Below, piece after piece: positions 58,347 through 64,000 of a stretch of 64,000 bases of DNA. A program made the position numbers and the translations under genes. Source of the DNA: a bacterium (GTDB lineage Bacteria > UBA8248); contig OY843592.1 of NCBI GenBank assembly GCA_963692865.2, positions 1,696,001 through 1,760,000 on the forward strand, read 5' to 3'. The notes below the pieces were generated by a model. The model had not been told where the DNA came from. It saw only the letters and a list, made by a program, of their open reading frames with translations, and made no database searches. Position 1 is the stretch's first letter; the number at the start of each line of letters is the position of its first letter.

Positions 58347-58409
58347 GGCTTCTCCCGAGTTCCCCGTTTCCGGAGGGTGAGGTGTATGAATAGTCGCCTG
58401 AACGCAGAT

Positions 58410-58443
58410 AAAAAAACACCGCGGCTTGACGGCCGCGGTGTTT
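58410..58443 (-). terminator. Intrinsic terminator downstream of the ferredoxin gene
   Basis: Stem aaacaccgcggc / gccgcggtgttt with a T-run on the minus strand. Confidence 0.8.
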
Positions 58444-58460
58444 GAATCGGCATGGCGGAA

Positions 58461-58772
58461 CTAGCGCAACGTGTTGTCTGCTCTTCGCGGCGGGTCGTTC
58501 GCCGGGCGCGGCTCGACCGGCTCGTTGTTCTTGAATTCCTCGGTGAGTTCCGCGTTGATTTCCGCCCATACGGGGTCGTCGTCTTCACTCTCCAGAATGG
58601 CGTCGATTGGGCATTCCGGCTGGCAGACGCCGCAGTCGATGCACTCCTCGGGGTCGATGATCAGGAAGGGTTCCCCTTTGTACTCGCCTGGGTGCATGCA
58701 GTCCACGGGACACACGCTCACGCACGTCGCATAGCGTTCGCCCAGGCATTTTTCCCCGATGACAAATGTCAT
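58461..58772 (-). CDS. Ferredoxin (FdxA-like dicluster type)
   Basis: C......CVSVCPVDC and IDPEECIDCGVCQPECPIDAI. Confidence 0.92.
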   Translation of the reverse strand: MTFVIGEKCLGERYATCVSVCPVDCMHPGEYKGEPFLIIDPEECIDCGVCQPECPIDAILESEDDDPVWAEINAELTEEFKNNEPVEPRPANDPPRRADNTLR

Positions 58773-58970
58773 GGATCATTCCCTCCTACGGATGATGAAG
58801 ATTCTTCCGATTTGAACCCCGAGGGAACGACCCTCTGGTGATTCACGTTTATTGAACTTAAATCCACCTGGAAACACCAAAAACAAGGCGATGCTATCAG
58901 ATGCGCCTTGAGAAAAGCAAGGGATGAAACACACAAAATCGAGATTCTTTTGCCCGGGGGCGAGGTTTTT

Positions 58971-59900
58971 TCAGCCTGCCGGTTTTTGGGAGGCGTCGAA
59001 AATTTTACCGAGCGCGCCGAGCATGGCTTCGACCGATTCGGGGGGCACGCCGCCGAGTTCCTCCTGGAAATCGAACCCCTGGAGCCAGCGGAACTTATCG
59101 AGCGAGGCGGCGCTGATGTGCGAGTCCACCCCCAGCGATTCAAGGGTCGAGACGACGCCTTCCATCTCCTGCGCGCGCCTTTCGGCGACGATGAGGCTCG
59201 TGCCCGCCAGGCTCAGGGCGAGGTCCCGGAGGGGGAGGCCCTCCACGGTGCCCGCGATGGATTCGAGGAGCTCCTCCACGAGGCCGCAGCGCCGCGCCGC
59301 CTCGATGGATTCGAGAAACGTCATCATCAGTCCTTTGGTGAACACGCTGCGCACGACCTTGAGGGCGGAGGCGTCTCCCACGCGCTCGCCTAGCACCTGA
59401 AGCCGCATCCCGTAGCGCGCCATGGCCTCACTCAGGGGTTCGGCCTCGGGCCCCGAAATCAACGTGACGACCTCGTGTCCGTACACTTCGGCAGGGTCGC
59501 ATATCGCCCCGTCAATCGGCTCGCCTCCGCCCCCCTCGATGAGGCGGCCGATCTCTCTTTTCATCTCGGGGGTCGTGGTGTTCAAATCCAGGTACGCGGT
59601 GTTTCGAACGAAGGGCGAGGCGCTGCGCGCCACATCCAGCGCGCTTTCCGTCGTCACGAGCGAGAGAACGACCTCCGCGCCATCGAGCGCCTCTTCGATG
59701 GACTGCGTCATCCGGATGGCCGGGTGGGCGGCTGCGTCGAGATGCTCGGGCCGCCAGGGCGGTCTTTTCCACACATGGACTTTCGCCACGCCGGCTTCCG
59801 CCAGTCCCCGGGCGATGGGTCTGCCCGCCATGCCGAACCCCAGGACGCAGACGGTGGGAGGATTTTCAAGGTTCAAGGAGGTCTCTCCATAGAGCTTCAT
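58971..59900 (-). CDS. NAD(P)-dependent oxidoreductase (6-phosphogluconate dehydrogenase-type NAD-binding domain plus DUF1932-like C-terminus)
   Basis: LGFG.AG, YLDLNTTTP..K, GDASALKVVRSVFTKG and RRAQEM motifs. Confidence 0.82.
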   Translation of the reverse strand: MKLYGETSLNLENPPTVCVLGFGMAGRPIARGLAEAGVAKVHVWKRPPWRPEHLDAAAHPAIRMTQSIEEALDGAEVVLSLVTTESALDVARSASPFVRNTAYLDLNTTTPEMKREIGRLIEGGGGEPIDGAICDPAEVYGHEVVTLISGPEAEPLSEAMARYGMRLQVLGERVGDASALKVVRSVFTKGLMMTFLESIEAARRCGLVEELLESIAGTVEGLPLRDLALSLAGTSLIVAERRAQEMEGVVSTLESLGVDSHISAASLDKFRWLQGFDFQEELGGVPPESVEAMLGALGKIFDASQKPAG

Positions 59901-60082
59901 GTGGATGGGCGCATGATTCCCGATCATATTCCACGCAAATAATATATGATGAAATGATTATAAAATAAGGCGGCGCGCGGCTCTAGCGCGTCCGGGCTTT
60001 CTGCATCGGCTTCGTATACGCGCGAAAACGGGAATTTGGAGCATAACCTATGGACCCGGTGGTTCCCATATCGAAATTCAAC

Positions 60083-60319
60083 GGGGTTGTTGAAAAAGTC
60101 CTATGCGGGCGGATTTGCGTTTGTAGTAGTAGGGACAGGTCGCGACCTGTCCCTACGGTAGGTGGCGTTCTTTTCTCGGGACCCAAGATGAATTTGGTTT
60201 TCGTTCGTCATTCCGGCTTTCGCCGGAATGACGGCTGTAAGGGCGATTCGCGAACCGCCCCTACGCAAGCCTCGTCAACCGGGATTCACTCTCCCCTCAA
60301 GGGGGTTTTCAACAACCCC
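60083..60319. mobile_element. MITE-like element with IS1182-type ends and mixed REP cargo
   Basis: ggggttgttgaaaaagtcc ... ggggttttcaacaacccc. Contains gtagggacaggtcgcgacctgtccctac, cgtcattccggctttcgccggaatgacg and a GTAG-like unit. Confidence 0.75.
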
Positions 60320-60412
60320 GCGTGGGCTGCTCAGGACGAAGGAGCAAGGTCGGGCGGGCCGGTGCGCGGTTTCCTCTGCCCAATCCGCTAGGGCGCGCCG
60401 CCCGCGCGCTTC

Positions 60413-61303
60413 TTATTCTTCGAGGCCCATCAGGCGGGCGGGGTTTCGCTGCACCATCCAGCGGATCTCCTCGTCTTCGAACCCCAGGCGCAGCATGGTG
60501 GCGATGAACATGCGCAGCATTTCCGTGGGCGGGGGATTGAGGTCGAGTTGCGCGTCGGTGCTCATCACGCATCGCTCGGGGCCGAGGGCGCGCGCGGTTT
60601 CGGCGACTTTCACCGGGTCGAGGTCGCGCCACATGGGGAAGGCGGATATCCACGTGAACTCGACGATGTAGCCCAGGTCCGCCACCTCGCGAAGCTGCCC
60701 CTCGCTCGCGCCCACGATGAAGATGATCGGATGGGTGAAGATGAATTTCTTGACCCCGATCTCCTTCGCGCGCCGCGCCAGGGCGACGCCCTCCTCCGCG
60801 GAGAGATGCCCCGTGGCCACGGCCACGTCCGCGTCGCGGGCGATTTCGAGTATGGCGTCCGCCTCGGGGCATATCGCTCCGTTTCCGTCCATAACCGTCA
60901 GACCCTGCGCGGGCGGGGGCCGGCTGTAGGCTTCCGCGATGCGCTTGCTGTAGGCCCCCACCGCGATGTCGTTCGCCGCCGAGTAGGTGGGCATCCAGAT
61001 GACCTTCACGCCCAAGCGCGCCGCGCTTTCCGCCGCGAAGGGCGAGAGACCGCCCACGTTGGCGTTGAGCGTGATGGCGCCGAAGGCCGTGACGCCCGGA
61101 TAGACCTCGTTCAGGATCCGGGCTTGGGCGATGGTGGGCCACAGGTGGCTCTTCATCACGAAGCCGCGCATGCCGACGCCGCGCGCGAGTTCGGCCCATT
61201 CATGGTCCAGGACGCGTCCGGGTTCTTCCAGGAATACCTGGGGGAAGATGTGGGCGTGAACGTCGATGGCGCCTTCGAGGAGGTCGTCCGCCTTCGTGCG
61301 CAT
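60413..61303 (-). CDS. DUF6282-like amidohydrolase-fold protein
   Basis: GAIDVHAH, GM...V.KSH, G.ITLN..VGG, WMPT, ATGH.S, THP, STD and NP..L motifs. Confidence 0.78.
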   Translation of the reverse strand: MRTKADDLLEGAIDVHAHIFPQVFLEEPGRVLDHEWAELARGVGMRGFVMKSHLWPTIAQARILNEVYPGVTAFGAITLNANVGGLSPFAAESAARLGVKVIWMPTYSAANDIAVGAYSKRIAEAYSRPPPAQGLTVMDGNGAICPEADAILEIARDADVAVATGHLSAEEGVALARRAKEIGVKKFIFTHPIIFIVGASEGQLREVADLGYIVEFTWISAFPMWRDLDPVKVAETARALGPERCVMSTDAQLDLNPPPTEMLRMFIATMLRLGFEDEEIRWMVQRNPARLMGLEE

Positions 61304-61414
61304 AAGGAAAAACCCTCCGAATACGAGTAGAAAATCACCTGAGATCATGAAAATTCATCATGCGCCATGAGGGGGCGGCGGGCAAGCCGGTCGCCGAAAA
61401 AGCCCCCTGACGCG

Positions 61415-61778
61415 GGGGTGTTCAAAAAGCCTCGAATCTGTGATTCGGCGTGTGTTTGGATGACCGGGAGGGTGGAAACAATCACTCCCCCTTGAGGGTT
61501 CTTGCCGTCCGACGAGAGAGGAATCACTCCCCCCTTGAGGGTCGGGCATCTCCTCATCGGGATGCCCGACGACGAGCTAAGGGCGTAAGTCCGCAAGCGA
61601 ATCGGTGGGGGGTAAAATTCTGAATGGCAAAAAAACGCGATTTACCCCCCACCGATTCAGCCTTCGCACAAACCGCTCGGCTTCATCGTCGGACTTTCCC
61701 CTCGGGAAGCCCGACCCTAAGGGGAGAGTGATTCGTAGATCGCAAGGGTTTCGTAGGGGCGCTTCCCGAAGCGCCCCC
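61415..61778. repeat. Cluster of CCCTTGAGGG-family elements (full copy 61525-61730) with a degenerate TIR and a GTAG unit
   Basis: ggggtgttcaaaaagcc, cactccccc(c)ttgaggg at 61483 and 61525, and gtaggggcgcttcccgaagcgccc. Confidence 0.72.
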
Positions 61779-61871
61779 GCAAGCCGGTTCCCGCCGCGCG
61801 ATTCAGGTGATATTCTCCGGGAAATGCTCTCATGAGCAAGAGTAATGACTTCTCCCGGAGGAGGATGTCTC

Positions 61872-63002
61872 ATGCCCCACGTCCAGAGCATCGGAACGCC
61901 GGTGCGCGAAATCGAAACGCCCGCTCTGATAGTCGATCTCGACGTCATGGAGGAGAACCTCGCGTTGATGGCGAAGCGCCTGGAGGGAACGGGCGTCCGG
62001 CTCCGCGCCCACGCCAAGACGCACAAGAGTCCCTGGCTCGCGAGAAAACAGATGGCCCTCGGCGCGGTGGGGGTTTGCTGCCAGAAGGTGAGCGAGGCCG
62101 AGGTGATGGTGGAGGGCGGGGTCGAGAACGTGCTCGTGAGCAGCGAGGTCACGGCCGTCTCGAAGCTCAAGCGTCTGGCCGCGCTCGCGCGCCACACGAA
62201 CCTGATGGTGGTGGTGGATCATCCCCAGGGGGTGGCCATGCTCTCCGAAGCCGTGACGGCGGCGGGAGCGGAGATCGGCGTGCTCGTCGACGTGGACGTG
62301 GGCCAGGGACGATGCGGCGTGGCGGCGGGAGCGGCGGCGGTGGAGCTGGCCCGGCGGGTGGAGGCGGCGAGGGGACTCGAACTCAAGGGGATTCAGGCCT
62401 ACCAGGGCGGCGCCCAGCACGTGGACGGCTTCGCCGAGCGGCGCGAGGTCTACGCGGACGCCATTGCGCGGATGCGCGAGACCGTGGCCGCGTTCGGGGC
62501 CGCCGGGCTTTCGCTTGAGATCAAAAGCGGCGGCGGCACGGGTTCATGGCGGTGGGACGCGGAATCGGGCGTGCTGAACGAGCTTCAGGCGGGGAGCTAT
62601 CTCTTCATGGATTCCCACTACCGCAGCATCGGCGGCGAAGGTTCGGACACGTATGACGACTTCAAGCCCAGCCTGTTCGTGCTGACGACCGTGGTCAGCG
62701 CGCCCGGGCCCGGACACGTCGTGATGGACGCCGGCCACAAGGCGCTCTCATCGGACAGCGGGCTGGCGCCCTGTCTCGAACTCGAAGGCGCCGTGCACGC
62801 GCGGGCATCGGATGAGCACGGCGTGCTGGAACTCTCCCCGGGTTCCAGGCGGCCCGAGATCGGCGAGACGCTCCTGTTCCAGCCCAGCCACTGCGACCCG
62901 ACCATCAACCTCTACGACGTCTACCACGGCGTACGCGGCGGTATGGAGGAGGGCGTTCTCGAAGCCGTGATCCCCGTGGCCGCGCGCGGCTGCGTCTGGT
63001 AG
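61872..63002 (+). CDS. DSD1-family PLP-dependent enzyme (D-threonine aldolase / D-serine dehydratase-like)
   Basis: ETPALIVDLD, RAHAKTHKS (PLP lysine), RCGV, GGGTG, ELQAGSY.FMD, DAG.K, SDEHG and PSHCDPT.NL motifs. Confidence 0.9.
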   Translation: MPHVQSIGTPVREIETPALIVDLDVMEENLALMAKRLEGTGVRLRAHAKTHKSPWLARKQMALGAVGVCCQKVSEAEVMVEGGVENVLVSSEVTAVSKLKRLAALARHTNLMVVVDHPQGVAMLSEAVTAAGAEIGVLVDVDVGQGRCGVAAGAAAVELARRVEAARGLELKGIQAYQGGAQHVDGFAERREVYADAIARMRETVAAFGAAGLSLEIKSGGGTGSWRWDAESGVLNELQAGSYLFMDSHYRSIGGEGSDTYDDFKPSLFVLTTVVSAPGPGHVVMDAGHKALSSDSGLAPCLELEGAVHARASDEHGVLELSPGSRRPEIGETLLFQPSHCDPTINLYDVYHGVRGGMEEGVLEAVIPVAARGCVW

Positions 63003-63042
63003 GTCGAACCCGACTGATGAATGAGGGTTTGCCGACCGGTGA

Positions 63043-63650
63043 GGGGTTGTTGGAAAAGTCCCTCTGTGGAGGGGGATTAGGGGACGCATATATGCGTCCC
63101 CTACACTCCGCCCTCGTTCTTTCGGACCGTTCGGGCGGACACATCGGTCCGTCCTTACAAAACCATCGCACCCCCACCGCTTCGGGGACTTTTTCAACAG
63201 CCCCTTGAGGGGGTGATCCTCCACCGAGGAGAATTCTGAATTCACTCCCCCCTTGAGGGGGGTGTTGAAAAACCCCTCCTCGCTCGGATTGACCACCGCC
63301 GTCATTGTCGTTTCTATTGTAGGGGCCGCATATCATGCGGCCCGGCTTTTTCGCCTTCACAATACGGGTCGCATGATATGTCGGACATATATGTCCGACA
63401 TACGGGTAAAACGTGGTTGATCCGAGAGGGACAGGTTTTTCAACAACCCCTTGAGGGTCGGGCTTCCCGAGGGGAAAGCCCGACAACGAGGCAAGGGCGA
63501 AGCCCGCAGACGAGTTGCTGGGGGGAGCTTTTGCCGTGGCATGTCCCCCCACCGAGTCAGCCTTCACCTGTCGGTTCGGCTTCCTCGACTCCCCCTCAAG
63601 GGGGGAGTGAAATTTAGCGCACTCCTTTTGTGGGCTTTTTCAACAACCCC
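63043..63650. mobile_element. Nested MITE/REP cluster, including a MITE at 63258-63450 with a TTGAG duplication inside a CCCTTGAGGG element
   Basis: TIR pairs at 63043-63204 and 63258-63450, plus an extra right TIR ending at 63650. TTGAG at 63253-63257 and 63451-63455. Confidence 0.8.
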
Positions 63651-63686
63651 GGAAAGATAGGATACGGCCCCTGCAAACCCAGGCCC

Positions 63687-64000
63687 TTACGCCGGCTTGC
63701 CGAACGTGGCCACCCTGTCCACGCGGCACTCGAAGAGCACGCGTTTCTCGTCTATCGCGGGGTCCCTGAGCGCGTAGGGCGGGTCCGCGCCCGTGTATTT
63801 CGTCCAAATGCGGTCGAGCTGTTCGGTCGCACGCTCGCCGCCCGGCCCGTCCTCGTGTATCTCGTTCACCACCGTGCACTTGATGCTCATCCAGTGGTAG
63901 GGGTTCTCGGGGTTCACGAGCAGAATCGTGAGCTGCGGGTTGTTCCGTATCCATCCGCACTTGGGCCGGTGCGAGGCGGTGTTCACCAGAATCGTGTCGC
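63687..64000 (-). CDS. Pyridoxamine 5'-phosphate oxidase (PPOX-class) family protein, 5'-truncated by the window edge
   Basis: ILVNTA..R.K...IRNNP......V.PENPYHW....Y...DPPY.....EKRV. Confidence 0.75.
   Translation of the reverse strand, partial: DTILVNTASHRPKCGWIRNNPQLTILLVNPENPYHWMSIKCTVVNEIHEDGPGGERATEQLDRIWTKYTGADPPYALRDPAIDEKRVLFECRVDRVATFGKPA

Overview
GC-rich chromosomal window from a diderm (LPS-making) bacterium. In order, it holds the end of an LPS cluster (GT2, GT4, msbA, and an O-antigen ligase frameshifted by an exact 85-bp tandem duplication), a D,D-carboxypeptidase, dapA, an Fe3+/polyamine-type ABC operon and many stand-alone catabolic or redox enzymes. These include 2-hydroxyacid dehydrogenases, a TcuA-like flavoprotein, an LLM monooxygenase, an acyl-CoA dehydrogenase, a TPP enzyme, hydantoinase A/B, an amidase, PPOX-fold proteins and a DSD1-type PLP enzyme. 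Five things are missed by the ORF track. (1) Two probable selenoproteins, an OsmC-like protein and a two-domain rhodanese; each has an in-frame TGA at the catalytic Cys position followed by a similar SECIS-like hairpin. (2) Two identical tRNA-Val(TAC) genes bracketing a DUF3800 gene, which carries a 7-bp duplication frameshift and has a structured, terminated RNA upstream. (3) An IS1182-family element plus many short non-autonomous elements with the same terminal repeats. These carry, and insert into, several families of palindromic REP-like repeats in nested fashion. (4) A GIY-YIG nuclease gene flanked by inverted copies of its own palindromic repeat family. (5) A GNAT/DUF1778 toxin-antitoxin module. 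No CRISPR array, rRNA or integrase was seen. Family assignments come from motif recognition by eye, not from database searches.
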